From an uncultured delta proteobacterium (GTDB lineage: Bacteria > Desulfobacterota > WTBG01 > CAIYCZ01 > CAIRTM01), in assembly GCA_963804955.1 (NCBI GenBank), contig CAWDSQ010000005.1, positions 128,001 to 192,000 on the forward strand: 64,000 nt of DNA, given 5' to 3'. The first letter of the stretch is position 1. The number at the start of each line of letters is the position of its first letter. Both the position numbers and the translations under genes were made by a program. Below are positions 1-10,966 of the stretch, in pieces. Under the pieces are notes generated by a model, which saw nothing but the letters and a program-made list of their open reading frames with translations, was not told where the DNA came from and did not search any database.

Positions 1-3000
1 TTTTTCGATGCGATAGGTTATGTCAAACTGTTTGCCTGCCAGCTGCAGCCCGACATGCAGGCCGTCTAGAGCTTTGGGGATAACCGGATCAATGACCAGC
101 CGTGATGTTTCCCAGCGCAAGCCCAAAAAGTTTTGTATGATCAGCCGCACGCAGATGCCCGCGCCGCTTGAATAGACGCGCCAGCCGCCTTCCAACGGAA
201 CCTCGCCCCCTTTTACCTTTTCATAATGCTCAAATGCCTCGTAGCGGTCGGCGAAGGCAGGGTCGGAGCTTGAGTAGTAGCAGTTGGCCTGGCGCAGCGC
301 TGCCGGCGGCACCATGCCGCTGATGGCAATGGGGTTGGCCATGCACAGGGCTTTGAAAAAGCCGTCTGCATCGCCGAAATGCGCGAGCGCTTCAGCATAC
401 CGCAGGTGGGCATGGGTGTACATGAGACCGTTTTCCCGGCCGAAAAAACTGGTGCTCTCGGCGCGCTGAAAATATGTCTGCGGCCCGCCATGATACTGCA
501 GTGGGCGGTCGAACAAATGCGCGCCGTCGGGTCCGAGCAAATGCTCTTTGATGATGTCCAGATGGAAGCCTGCCTGCTGCGGCGTGAGTATACCGTTTAT
601 AATTGCATGTATCATCGGAAGCAGGCTGTAGGAAAGTCCGGTCGTGCGGTCGCGCGGATGAATAAGATACTCGATGCCGCCGCCTTCAGCATTAAAATAG
701 GCAAATCCGGGGATTGCTTCATCAACTAGCAGCGTGCTCTGGAACTCTTTGCGGATTTCGGCTGCCATGGCCTCAAATTCTGCTGCGCGGTCCCTGCGCC
801 CCAGCTGATGCAAAGCATCTGCAAGGGAGGTAAAGGTCTGGTAGCTGAGCGTCACGGTCCAGGCGCTGCACAGATGCTCGCGCATGCCGGGCTGCACGGG
901 CTGAAGCGAGTCGTTCCAGTCGCCGTTGCCATAGGCAGACAGATGCGTTCCGGCAATGACCCTTTTGTGTATCACTGCCAGGGCGCGCTCCACATGCTGC
1001 CGCAGGGTTGCCTGTTCAGCAATTTTGTCGCCCTCGGGATGAAAAAACGGCACAGTCTGGTCAAGAAGCTGCGAGTCTTGCGTAGCTCTGAGATACTGCG
1101 CAAGGGCCAGCACCGGCCAATAGACGATATCGCCGTGGGAATCACCGGGCCGGATGCCTCGCTCACGGTCAAAGAACATGAACCACTGGGGCCAGTCGCC
1201 GTCGGGGTTCTGCTGCTTGAACAGGCGCAGCAGGATATCCCGAACCGGCTCAAAGCGGCCCAGCGACAGCAGCATTTCCACAGGACCCTGAGACACGTCA
1301 CGCGTGCCCCAGCCGCCGCCGGAATACTGCTCAAGGCCGCGCGGGGAGAGATAGTGTATCAGGGCATTATTGATGAACCAGGGAGCTATTTCCCCCAATC
1401 GCTCCGCTGCAGGGGCAAGTGGGCTGTTAGCAGGCGGATCGATGTGAAGTCCGGCAGTAATAGCGCTCCAGAAATTGCTCAGCCCCTGTTGTGCTCCGGC
1501 CGATTCGGCAATCAGGCAGCCGGCTATGCGCAAACCGATGGCTGCCCCCGGAGCGGTAACCATGCAGAGAAACGGCTGGCTGCGGGAGGCGCCGTCGGAA
1601 AACAGCAGTTCATCACCGCCGAATTTCTCGATACATGTGCCCGGGGCTGTTTGTATGCGGAATCCGCCGTCGGGGAAGCGCCGGCCAACATCGCAGTCGG
1701 GCACTGAGCGCACGAATATGGCATCTGCTTCTTTTACATACGAAACCGGACTGGAAATGCTGCCGTCATCGCCGTTCATGGCCACATGAAATGATAGAAA
1801 AAAGCGCACCGGCTTGCCTGCCAGCACTTTTACCGACAGGCTCAGCTCATGGCGGTCCGCAGGACCCGTGCTTCGAACGGCGATCGTACCGCCACCATAT
1901 TTATATATCCAGCGGCAGCTGTCGGGGGCCAATTCATAAGCCGAGGGCATGTCAAGGAGATGCCATCCGTCGTCAAGCTCCACAAAAATACGCAGGCCAT
2001 GGCTGCGGAAAAGCCCCAGATAACTGTGGGTGGTTGAGAGAAACCGGTTGATGCTCACATGGCCCTGCGTCACCATGGAATGAAAGACGCCGGACATCCA
2101 GACCGTGGAGGTAAGGGCTGTCTCATCAGGGGTCAAAGCGTTTCCCGTGCGCAGCAGATGCCCGTGGGGCCGCAGAACCTGCAGCTCTTTGTCCTTGAGG
2201 ACCACATGGCGGTTATCGCCGGTAAAAAACGAAAGAAGCCTGCCGTCTTTACTTTCTGCATGGCGTAGCCCGGTGCCGAAGAGAGAGGCAATGTCCGATG
2301 CATCAAGTTCAAGAGCTGCAAGCAGCTGCGCGGTGCTGAAAAGGCTTGCCGCCTGGCGCACACAGGAGCAAACTGCCGGTGCATGCGGCGGCAGGGCTTC
2401 CGGCAGGGCAAGCGCTGTATCAATAAAAGCAGCATCGGCTGCCGATGTTGCCGATTGTTTATCAGCTTCAAACCAGCCGAAAAAGCCGCGCTGTGCTATG
2501 GCTCCCGGTTCCACTACCATCGGAATATCCTGCATTGCAGCCATTGAATGCTCATGCTGCCGCCGGGCGCCGGCCAGGCCTTCGGTAAGTCCAACGGGTA
2601 TGCGGCCTGCGCGGCTTGCGAGCCCGTAGAACTGAAGAGCATCGGTAGCAAAGCTCACTCCGCAGCCAAGAGAGCCAATAATGCTCCAGGGGCAGCGTCC
2701 GCCCATGGACTGGTTCTGCCGCGACGCAAGCGCAAAACCCTGTTTCAGATGAGTAAGCGGGGTGTGATCGATATAGTGGCTCACATAATATTCATTGAGC
2801 CGTATAGCGCCGTAATGGGCAAGGCCGAGGTCCTGGGTGTAGATGAGATCGCAGGTCATAGTTTCGGCGCCGGTGTTTTCAAGTCTCACGTGCCAGAACC
2901 AGGCAGGCGCTGACTGAGCAAGCACCAGCCGCAGGTGGAAGCGCAGGTCCAGCCATTCACCGCAGGCGATTAACCCATGATCATCGATCTGAAAAGAGGC

Positions 3001-3216
3001 CGGGCTGAGCGGCCCCAGAAGCGGTATAGCCTCCACGGTCTCTCCCCTGCGGCGCAGGTAGATGTTGGCGGGGCCACCCTCCAGCTCGTTGCCGAGGAAA
3101 AGGTTCAGCATGATGTCGCCGCAGTCCATACGCCGGATGGAGCCGTTGGCGTTCACCTCGACCTTCAACCCGGAAGGGCTTTCAATACAAACAGGAAAAT
3201 TTTTCTGAAGGGTCAT
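1..3216 (-). CDS. GH94 glycoside phosphorylase, 1,2-beta-oligoglucan phosphorylase-like (3' end outside window)
   Basis: Not in the ORF track, apparently because it has no stop in the window. Read manually: ATG at 3216 gives MTLQKNFPVCIESPSGLKVEVNANG..., and the same frame holds at base 1 (...QFDITYRIEK). Motifs MYTHAHLRYAE, YYSSSDPAFADRYEA and GGWRVYSSGAG match SOGP-type GH94. Confidence 0.8.
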   Translation of the reverse strand, partial: MTLQKNFPVCIESPSGLKVEVNANGSIRRMDCGDIMLNLFLGNELEGGPANIYLRRRGETVEAIPLLGPLSPASFQIDDHGLIACGEWLDLRFHLRLVLAQSAPAWFWHVRLENTGAETMTCDLIYTQDLGLAHYGAIRLNEYYVSHYIDHTPLTHLKQGFALASRQNQSMGGRCPWSIIGSLGCGVSFATDALQFYGLASRAGRIPVGLTEGLAGARRQHEHSMAAMQDIPMVVEPGAIAQRGFFGWFEADKQSATSAADAAFIDTALALPEALPPHAPAVCSCVRQAASLFSTAQLLAALELDASDIASLFGTGLRHAESKDGRLLSFFTGDNRHVVLKDKELQVLRPHGHLLRTGNALTPDETALTSTVWMSGVFHSMVTQGHVSINRFLSTTHSYLGLFRSHGLRIFVELDDGWHLLDMPSAYELAPDSCRWIYKYGGGTIAVRSTGPADRHELSLSVKVLAGKPVRFFLSFHVAMNGDDGSISSPVSYVKEADAIFVRSVPDCDVGRRFPDGGFRIQTAPGTCIEKFGGDELLFSDGASRSQPFLCMVTAPGAAIGLRIAGCLIAESAGAQQGLSNFWSAITAGLHIDPPANSPLAPAAERLGEIAPWFINNALIHYLSPRGLEQYSGGGWGTRDVSQGPVEMLLSLGRFEPVRDILLRLFKQQNPDGDWPQWFMFFDRERGIRPGDSHGDIVYWPVLALAQYLRATQDSQLLDQTVPFFHPEGDKIAEQATLRQHVERALAVIHKRVIAGTHLSAYGNGDWNDSLQPVQPGMREHLCSAWTVTLSYQTFTSLADALHQLGRRDRAAEFEAMAAEIRKEFQSTLLVDEAIPGFAYFNAEGGGIEYLIHPRDRTTGLSYSLLPMIHAIINGILTPQQAGFHLDIIKEHLLGPDGAHLFDRPLQYHGGPQTYFQRAESTSFFGRENGLMYTHAHLRYAEALAHFGDADGFFKALCMANPIAISGMVPPAALRQANCYYSSSDPAFADRYEAFEHYEKVKGGEVPLEGGWRVYSSGAGICVRLIIQNFLGLRWETSRLVIDPVIPKALDGLHVGLQLAGKQFDITYRIEK

Positions 3217-3429
3217 GGCATGATTCCTCGGGATGGTTCTTTCAGCCTAATGGTGAGCAATCCCCACCATTTGAAATATTTTTCCCTCAACCAATCTTCA
3301 CATCCAGTCGCAGGAGATAACCCAGTACAGAAGCGGGTTCCTCGCAGACCGGATTTTGATTTTTTCATGGATGCCGCAACTGACGCCTTATCTGATTTCT
3401 CCAGCCAATGGTTGGAGTTATTAATTTAC

Positions 3430-3666
3430 TTATGTCGCCCCGGCAGTTGTCCCCCGGCCCTTTCGTTTTTTTACCGTATATTCGACGTGTGATTCTTGTA
3501 CGCTGAGCTGCTCAGGTGGTACTTTAACGACCTTTCCGTCCTTCCAGATGGTAAGGGGGGCGCCGGTTAGTTTGTGATCCTCAATAACTTTGGCAACAGC
3601 CCGCTTAAAGGCATTTTCAGCGGTCAGGGCGAGCTTTTTTCCTGTAGGATTTGTTTTTTTGATCAT
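3430..3666 (-). CDS. small basic hypothetical protein (antitoxin-like orphan)
   Basis: GGAG RBS then MIKKTNPT...AFKRAVAKVIEDHKLTGAPLTIWKDGKVVKVP; resembles small proteins usually found downstream of zeta-toxin-like kinases. Confidence 0.55.
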   Translation of the reverse strand: MIKKTNPTGKKLALTAENAFKRAVAKVIEDHKLTGAPLTIWKDGKVVKVPPEQLSVQESHVEYTVKKRKGRGTTAGAT

Positions 3667-3751
3667 GGTCAACTCTTTCCATTGTTTATCCATTCCGCTG
3701 GACACGCTCCGCTTTGTCCGGCCTACAATTTTGTTCTGTTATTCAAACATA

Positions 3752-3930
3752 TCAGGGCATATTGTCCCATGTGCGGCCCAGCAGCATACGGCCATTGGCT
3801 CGTTTGGCACGTTTCTTACCATCAGCGCCCCAGCCGCCCCATTGCTTGAAGAAAAAGGAAATACCATACAGATCGCAGCGGCTTTTAATGTTTTCAGCCC
3901 ATTCAGGCATCATAGGTCTTGCTTGTGCGG
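3752..3930 (-). pseudogene. C-terminal fragment of phage Gp37/Gp68 (DUF5131) protein
   Basis: ARPMMPEW...FFFKQWGGWGADGKKRAKRANGRMLLGRTWDNMP is the typical DUF5131 C-terminus; the N-terminal part is missing. Confidence 0.75.
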
Positions 3931-4225
3931 CCATAAGCAAATAAATTTTATGATTTTTTATCAAATATCAGCTTGCGGCTTTTATGTCAAAACAATGCTG
4001 CATAAACAATAGCAGATGGTTTTGTCAGATAAGGTCGAAAATGGTGTATTTATTGTTTTTCAGCAACCTAAGCGATTCAACAGTAGGGAGGGTTGTCAAC
4101 CGGGTGAAACTGCTGGCCAAGCCCTGCGCATAAATTTTTCTTTCATGATAGGTCGCTTTAAAGTATGAACAATGAATATTGAAATGCTTCCTCATGGGTG
4201 AACTCACTACACAAAGTACAGCCAT

Positions 4226-5581
4226 ATGACCTTCCCGAAAAATTTTATCTGGGGCGCGGCAACATCGGCCTATCAGATCGAAGGCGCGGCAGGCGATGAC
4301 GGCCGGGGCCCCTCGATCTGGGACGAGTTCTGCCGCAGGCCCGGAGCGGTGCGGCAGGGTGCAAGCGGCGCCATTGCCTGCGACCATTATCACCGCTACC
4401 GGCAGGATGTGGCGCTCATGCAGGGGCTGGGGCTTCAGGCATACCGGTTTTCTATTTCATGGCCCCGCGTTCTTCCCTCCGGCATGAGCCGGGTAAATGT
4501 TGCAGGCCTTGATTTTTACGACCGCCTGACCGATTCGCTTCTTGCCGCAGGCATCACGCCGTATGTCACCCTCTATCACTGGGATTATCCGCTGGCGCTG
4601 CACCGGTTCGGCGGGTGGCTGCACCCCGAGAGTTCCGACTGGTTTGCGCGGTATGCCGAAGTCATTGTCGACAGGCTCTCAGACCGCATCAGGCACTGGA
4701 TCACCTTTAATGAGCCGCAGATATTTGTTGGCTTCGGCTATCAGGACGGCAGCCATGCGCCGGGTGAGAGGCTGGAGCTTGCGCAGGTCCTGACGATCGG
4801 CCACAATGTGCTGCTGGCCCATGGCAAGGCTGTGCAGGCAATCCGCAGCCGCGCAAAAGTCAAGCCCTCTCTGGGGTATGCAGTGGCGGTGAGTCCGGTT
4901 GCCGTACCTGCAACAGAAACCAGAGAGGATATATCTGCGGCCCGTGAAGTTTTTTTCGCCGCTGCCCGGCCCTTAAGCATAAACAATTCGTGGTGGACAG
5001 ACCCTGTGGTGCTGGGACGATACCCGCAGGACGGCATCGCGCTTTTTGAAAACGCCCTGCCGCAGATCGGCGTCAACGATTTTGCCACTATCTGCCAGCC
5101 CCTTGATTTCCTCGGCCTCAATGTCTACTTCGGGGAGCACTATCGCGCAGGCGCTCAGGGAGCGCCTGAAGCGGTACCGGCACCGCCCGATCAGGAGCGC
5201 ACGAGCTTCAACTGGCCCGTGGCGCCCGACTCCATCTACTGGGCGTCGAAATTTTACGCAGAGCGCTACGGGCTGCCCATCATCATTTCGGAAAACGGCA
5301 TGGCATGCACTGATGCGGTCAGCCCCGATGGCTCGGTGCACGATGCCCAGCGCATCGATTTTCTCCGTCGCTATCTCAGCCAGCTCAAGCGCGCTATCTC
5401 AGAGGGTGTTGATGTGCGCGGCTATTTTATCTGGTCGCTTCTGGACAATTTTGAATGGGCCGAAGGCTATACCCAGCGGTTCGGTATCGTGCATGTCGAC
5501 TATCCGACGCAGCAGCGGACTCTAAAGGATTCTGCCACATGGTACAAAGAGGTAATTGCTGCAAACGGCGCGACGGTTTAG
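4226..5581 (+). CDS. GH1 beta-glucosidase
   Basis: FIWGAATSAYQIEG, TFNEP (acid/base), ISENG (nucleophile), WSLLDNFEWAEGY. Confidence 0.95.
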   Translation: MTFPKNFIWGAATSAYQIEGAAGDDGRGPSIWDEFCRRPGAVRQGASGAIACDHYHRYRQDVALMQGLGLQAYRFSISWPRVLPSGMSRVNVAGLDFYDRLTDSLLAAGITPYVTLYHWDYPLALHRFGGWLHPESSDWFARYAEVIVDRLSDRIRHWITFNEPQIFVGFGYQDGSHAPGERLELAQVLTIGHNVLLAHGKAVQAIRSRAKVKPSLGYAVAVSPVAVPATETREDISAAREVFFAAARPLSINNSWWTDPVVLGRYPQDGIALFENALPQIGVNDFATICQPLDFLGLNVYFGEHYRAGAQGAPEAVPAPPDQERTSFNWPVAPDSIYWASKFYAERYGLPIIISENGMACTDAVSPDGSVHDAQRIDFLRRYLSQLKRAISEGVDVRGYFIWSLLDNFEWAEGYTQRFGIVHVDYPTQQRTLKDSATWYKEVIAANGATV

Positions 5582-5656
5582 GGGGCAAGGTTTCAGTTTC
5601 GGATTCCGGCTTCTGTCCCCTGCCCACAGACGCCGGCCCCATGGGCAGTTACGCTT

Positions 5657-5846
5657 ATATGAGCTGGCGCGGCAGCTCCTGCAGGTGCGTTCCGATCTTC
5701 CCGTCATCCTGTGCACAGGCTACAGCGACCTGGTAACGGCAGAGTCGGCGCTGGCCGGCTGCATGCAGGCCTTTGTGATCAAGCCCCTGAACCGGCTATC
5801 CATTGCGGAAACTATACGCAAGGCGCTGGATAAAAGCGCAGCATAG
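5657..5846 (+). pseudogene. truncated duplicate of the receiver-domain C-terminus of the adjacent hybrid kinase
   Basis: [32 protein letters not shown]...KSAA* is near-identical to 8382-8570 and lacks the phosphoacceptor half. Confidence 0.8.
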
Positions 5847-5910
5847 CGGACGGTCATGCCGCTGGATGTCCTACCTTAAACCAACCTGTCGCAAAAAATA
5901 AATAGTGACT

Positions 5911-6046
5911 TAGAGCGTGTATGAAAAGTCATTTAATGTCATCCTGAACGAAGTGAAAGATCCCTGAATTCATTAAAACTACGAGATTCTTCGCTGCGCC
6001 CAGAATGACACAACGAAGGTGCTTTGGCTTTTCGTACAGGCTCTTA
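5911..6046. mobile_element. MITE-like element with internal REP-like doublet
   Basis: Imperfect terminal inverted repeats TAGAGCGTGTATGAAAAG / CTTTTCGTACAGGCTCTTA; internal TGTCATCCTGAACG...CAGAATGACA pair. Confidence 0.6.
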
Positions 6047-6176
6047 GATGCTGATTTAAAAAATATAGTGTGATGTTTTCCATCCCTGTGGCTTTATTTT
6101 AAGAAAATATATTGTTAATGGTATATTTTTAAAATATAAAGACTCTATACAGACGATATGGCCGAAGATATATTTT

Positions 6177-8570
6177 ATGGAAAACCCCCGGGAAAAACGC
6201 GGCATCTTTTTTGCGAACAACTACCGCACATACCGGTTGAGCATTGCCATTGGCTCGATCCTGCTCTATGTTATGCTTTTTCTCCTTTTTCACTCTGTCT
6301 ATCATTTTACCGCCATGCCTATCTTGTCGGTAATCCCGGTGATTGTTATAGGCTGGCTCTATGGCCCCCTCATCGGTGTCCTCGCCGGCCTGCTCAGCTT
6401 TCCCTTCAATGTGCTCATGTTCACTATCGCCGGTATCAGCCTGGTCAACAACATGCTGGTGACCGGCCCCGGCATTGCAGGCACTATCGGCAACATGCTC
6501 ATCGCGCTGATTGTCGGCCGGTTAAGCGACCTGGGGCAGAGGCTCAGCAAAGAGCTCCGAACCAGGCAGATCATCGAGCAGGAGCTGAAACTGCACCGTG
6601 ACAATCTGGAAAAGCTGGTTAATGATAAGACCCGGGAGTTGCAAAAAGCATACAGGAAGATTGAAGAAGACAAGCTTTTTCTCGAGAATATTTTCAGGGC
6701 CTCTCCCGATGCCATTACTGTTGCCGACGATACAGGAAATATAGTAATGGCAAACGAATCGCTCTACGGAGTGTATGGCTATCATCCCGAAGAAGTCATC
6801 GGGGAGCATGTCTCTGTTTTTGCGCCGGATGATGAGCAGGCGGTGCAACGTTCAATGGGCATGATTGAAAAGCTGTATGAGTCAGGTATCATCCGGGATT
6901 TTGTGAGCAAGCGGAAGCGCAAGGACGGAAGCATTATAGAAATCGAAGCCAGCCATGTGCTGCTGAAAAACCCCGACGGCTCCGTTGCAGGAAGCATTTC
7001 ATCAACCAGGGATATAACCGACAGGATACGGTTTGAGGAGATGCTGCGGCAGTCGCATGATTACCTTGAGAATATTTTCAGGGCCTCTCCCGACGCCATT
7101 ACTGTTGCCGATGCCGATGGCTATATTGTCATGGCAAATGAGTCTGTCCGGGATGTGTATGGCTATGAGCCCGACGAGATAATCGGGCAGCATGGATCTA
7201 TTTTCGCCCCGGATGAGGAGAAGGGGCTGCAGCAATCAATGGATCTGCTTGATGAGCTGTTTAAAAAGGGCATCGTACGGAATGCTCTGATTGAGCGGAG
7301 GCACAAAGACGGGAGAACCCTTCAGGTCGAAGCCAGCCAGGTGCTGCTGAAAAATCCGGACGGCTTCTTTGCAGGAAGTGTTTCATCAACCAGGGATATA
7401 ACCGAGAGAAAGAAATTTGAGGATCAGCTCCGGCAGGCGCAGAAGATGGAGGCAATCGGCACGCTTGCGGGCGGCATCGCCCATGATTTTAACAATATCC
7501 TCGCTGCGATCATGGGATACACGGAACTTTCAAAGGATCTGGCGAAAGGCAACAGCACGCTGGAGAGAAATCTTTCGCAAATATTTAAATCCACCGAAAG
7601 GGCAAAAACCCTTGTGCGTCAAATCCTTGCCTTCAGCCGCAAAACCGACAGCGAGGTTATGCCGCTGCAGCTGCACGTTGTAATCACAGAAGCTCTCAAG
7701 CTGCTGCGGGCTTCGCTGCCTTCGATCATCTCCATAGGCTCAGACATAGACAATACGGACGATGTTGTTGTGGCCGATGCCACAGAGATATATCAGATCG
7801 TCATGAACCTGTGTACCAATGCCGCCTATGCCATGCAGCGCAGCGGCGGGGTCATAGAGGTAATACTCAAGCCCGTTGATCTTGATTGGAATTCCGCCGG
7901 TTACTATACCGGTTTAGCGCCGGGGCCGTATGTGCAGCTGAGCGTGAAGGATACGGGCACGGGCATACCCTCGGATATCATCGACCGCATTTTTGAGCCT
8001 TTTTTTACTACCAAGGAAGTCGGCAGGGGCACGGGCATGGGGCTTGCCATGGTGCACGGCATTGTTAAAAGATACAAAGGAGATATTAAGGTTTACAGCG
8101 AGCCGGGCAGGGGCGCTGTTTTCCATATCCTGCTGCCGCGGGCTGAGGCAGAGAAAGTCCAGGGGCATGTCGCCGGGCGGGAAGCGCCTCAGGGCACTGA
8201 ATCAGTGCTGCTGGTGGATGACGAGGCGGTGCTGCTGGATGTGGGAGAAAAAATATTGAGCTCCCTTGGCTACCGTGTCACGACGACGGGAAGCTCGGTG
8301 GAAGCCCTGGAGTTGTTTAAAAAGAACCCTGCGGGGTTTGATCTTGTTATAACGGACCAGACCATGCCGGGGCTGACGGGCTATGAGCTGGCGCAGCAGC
8401 TCAAGCAGGTGCGTTCCGATATTCCCATCATCCTGTGCACGGGGTACAGCGATCTGGTGACTGCAGAGTCGGCCCTGGCCCTCGGCATCAAGGCTTTTGT
8501 GATCAAGCCCCTGAACCGGCTTGCCCTTGCGGAAACGATCCGCAAGGTTCTGGGCAAGAGCGCAGCATAG
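6177..8570 (+). CDS. membrane-bound hybrid sensor histidine kinase (2 PAS, HisKA, HATPase, REC)
   Basis: N-terminal TM helices; two PAS domains duplicated at 384-nt spacing; [13 protein letters not shown]-box; [22 protein letters not shown] and TDQTMP receiver motifs. Confidence 0.95.
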   Translation: MENPREKRGIFFANNYRTYRLSIAIGSILLYVMLFLLFHSVYHFTAMPILSVIPVIVIGWLYGPLIGVLAGLLSFPFNVLMFTIAGISLVNNMLVTGPGIAGTIGNMLIALIVGRLSDLGQRLSKELRTRQIIEQELKLHRDNLEKLVNDKTRELQKAYRKIEEDKLFLENIFRASPDAITVADDTGNIVMANESLYGVYGYHPEEVIGEHVSVFAPDDEQAVQRSMGMIEKLYESGIIRDFVSKRKRKDGSIIEIEASHVLLKNPDGSVAGSISSTRDITDRIRFEEMLRQSHDYLENIFRASPDAITVADADGYIVMANESVRDVYGYEPDEIIGQHGSIFAPDEEKGLQQSMDLLDELFKKGIVRNALIERRHKDGRTLQVEASQVLLKNPDGFFAGSVSSTRDITERKKFEDQLRQAQKMEAIGTLAGGIAHDFNNILAAIMGYTELSKDLAKGNSTLERNLSQIFKSTERAKTLVRQILAFSRKTDSEVMPLQLHVVITEALKLLRASLPSIISIGSDIDNTDDVVVADATEIYQIVMNLCTNAAYAMQRSGGVIEVILKPVDLDWNSAGYYTGLAPGPYVQLSVKDTGTGIPSDIIDRIFEPFFTTKEVGRGTGMGLAMVHGIVKRYKGDIKVYSEPGRGAVFHILLPRAEAEKVQGHVAGREAPQGTESVLLVDDEAVLLDVGEKILSSLGYRVTTTGSSVEALELFKKNPAGFDLVITDQTMPGLTGYELAQQLKQVRSDIPIILCTGYSDLVTAESALALGIKAFVIKPLNRLALAETIRKVLGKSAA

Positions 8571-8898
8571 TTGAGGTGGGCATGCTCCCCTTGCTCTGCG
8601 TTCTGTCAAAGCGTTCTTTGTCTATGGAAGAGAACATTTTTCTCTGCCGATATGTTCTCGCAGCAGCAGATTTTTAAAAATTCCGTTATGCCGGCACCTC
8701 ACGGTTTATTGCTGCAAACCGTATGATGCTTTTTTAAAAATGGAGAAGGCGTTTACGGATCATGTTCGGGAGGCCTGGCGTTCTCTGCCGCGCCAGTGTG
8801 CTTTGCAGCAAACCCTTCTTGACGAAGCACGTCAAAAGGATTAAAAATCAGTTTCCGGCATCTTTTTATTTTTTTACGCAGGTACGAGAGCTACAGCC

Positions 8899-10674
8899 AT
8901 GCTGAACAATATGAAACTATCGACAAAGCTGATCGGCGGGTTCGGGATAATTTTCTTTTTTTTATTGTCCATAACCGCCGTGATGTTCAATGCCCTTAAC
9001 AAAACGACGGATGCGTTCGAGATATTCATGGAGGAGGACTTTGGCATTGCCAGTGCTGCCCTGAAACTGGAGACGCTGCTGCAGCAATGCCGCAGTGCTG
9101 AAAGGGATTATCTGGAGAGCCCGGACAAGAAGTATATTCGGAAGCATACGGCAATCATAAACGCCTTGTATGATGCCAGCCGGGCAATCGCTGACCTCAG
9201 CGACCGCTCGTTACATTATGAGATGAAAGAAAAAGTGCAGGCCATCCCCCCTCGTGTGGAAGACTATAAAAAACGTTTTGATGAAGCCGTAAAAATGAAC
9301 GAACAGGGCCAGAGCGCTTCCGCAGGGACGGACAATCAGAACGCGCAGACTCTGACAGCCGCGCTTGATGAAGCGGCACAGCAGCTCGAGCTTGCGGTGC
9401 AGGCAGTATCAAGGACTGTAAATAAAGGGGGTTTGCAAAAAAAAGCTGCTGCAAAAGCGGCGGTAAAACAGTATGAAACTACGGCAATAGCGCTGGTTTT
9501 TATCGCGCTGGTGGCGGCAATCGGCATTGCCGTATTAATAATTGCAGGTGTTTTAAACCAGCTGGGCGAGGACCCCAGAACTATTGCCGGCATAGCCAAC
9601 CGCATGGCCGCAGGTGATCTCGGCCTTGGCTTTTACTCAAATGTTAAAGAGGTAAAAGGCGTTTTGCTGGCGATGCAGAAAATGGTTGATCGACTGAAGG
9701 CGACAGCGGATATTGCAGGGGAAATCGCCCGGGGAAATCTTGCGGTAACCGTCGCCAAAATGTCCGACCGCGACACTCTGGGCGCTGCCCTTGAAACCAT
9801 GGTTGATAAGCTGAGCGCTACGATGGCGCAGATATATATTGCGGCGGATAATGTAGCCGGGGGCGCCTGGCAGATGAGCTCGACAAGCCATGCTTTGAGC
9901 CAGGGCGCAACCGAGCAGGCAAGCTCGCTTGAGCAGATAGTAAGTTCCATGAATGAGATCGCTGCACAGGCCAGGCACAACGCTGAGAACGCAACCGGAG
10001 CTGAAAAACTTACCGCTGATACAAAAACGCTTGCCGAAAAGGTTAACCTGCAGATGGACCGCATGGTTGAAGCCATAAAGGAAATCAATGCATCAAGCAG
10101 GAGTATTTTGAGTATCATCAAGGTCATTGATGAAGTGGCTTTTCAGACGAACATACTGGCTTTGAATGCGGCAGTTGAGGCAGCGCGCGCCGGCCGGCAC
10201 GGCAAGGGGTTTGCCGTGGTTGCCGACGAAGTGCGGCGCCTTGCCTTGCGAAGCGCCAGGGCTGCCAGAGAGACGGCGGAACTGATTGAGGGGTCTGTCA
10301 AGAAGGTGGACGACGGCACGGAGATGGCCGGCATGACGGCTGAAGCGCTGAAGGAGATCGTTGCCGCGGCAGGAAAGATAACTGATCTGGTTGCCGAGAT
10401 TGCAGCGGCGTCCAACGACCAGGCACAGGGCGTAGCGCAGATCAGCGCAGGGCTTGATCAGGTAGACCGGGTGACGCAGCAAAATGCGGCGCATGCCGAG
10501 GAGAGCGCATCGTCTGCTCAGGATCTGTCAAATCAGTCGAAGATGCTGCAGCGGCAGGTGTCTGCATTCAAGCTTGGGGAAGGCAGCATCCGCCGTTCGG
10601 CTGAGTCCCTGCAGGCGGGAGAGAAGCAGCGGGCGCTACGGCAGGGGCAGGCACCAGGCCCCCCCCGCTGCTGA
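8899..10674 (+). CDS. methyl-accepting chemotaxis protein
   Basis: Two TM segments, HAMP region, and the IDEVAFQTNILALNAAVEAARAG signalling hairpin. Confidence 0.95.
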   Translation: MLNNMKLSTKLIGGFGIIFFFLLSITAVMFNALNKTTDAFEIFMEEDFGIASAALKLETLLQQCRSAERDYLESPDKKYIRKHTAIINALYDASRAIADLSDRSLHYEMKEKVQAIPPRVEDYKKRFDEAVKMNEQGQSASAGTDNQNAQTLTAALDEAAQQLELAVQAVSRTVNKGGLQKKAAAKAAVKQYETTAIALVFIALVAAIGIAVLIIAGVLNQLGEDPRTIAGIANRMAAGDLGLGFYSNVKEVKGVLLAMQKMVDRLKATADIAGEIARGNLAVTVAKMSDRDTLGAALETMVDKLSATMAQIYIAADNVAGGAWQMSSTSHALSQGATEQASSLEQIVSSMNEIAAQARHNAENATGAEKLTADTKTLAEKVNLQMDRMVEAIKEINASSRSILSIIKVIDEVAFQTNILALNAAVEAARAGRHGKGFAVVADEVRRLALRSARAARETAELIEGSVKKVDDGTEMAGMTAEALKEIVAAAGKITDLVAEIAAASNDQAQGVAQISAGLDQVDRVTQQNAAHAEESASSAQDLSNQSKMLQRQVSAFKLGEGSIRRSAESLQAGEKQRALRQGQAPGPPRC

Positions 10675-10966
10675 TTCGGCACAGCGCTCTTAATCGGAGC
10701 CGTCAGGAAAAGCTTCTCGCAGTGTGCCGCCCCGGGGGTACATGCTGCGGCAGCCTTCATCCAGCCTGAAAAAAATAATTTTCGTTTAACCCTTCACGGA
10801 TCGTTGAAAAAAACCTCTCTCAGCGCACCTTTCCGGCCGGCACAGTTCGTGACAGGCGGCATCCGGCCTGTGAGCCATTTGCTTTGACAAACAACCACGT
10901 GCGCCCTATAGTGTTTTCGCTTCAGGAGATAAAAAGGGCCCCCACGGTAATTTTTAAATATATACA

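Noticed and set aside
808..3492. Plus-strand ORFs (e.g. 808-1707) and other long antisense ORFs such as 34138-35661 and 24315-25475
   Set aside because: They are shadow frames opposite well-supported genes and show no recognisable motifs.
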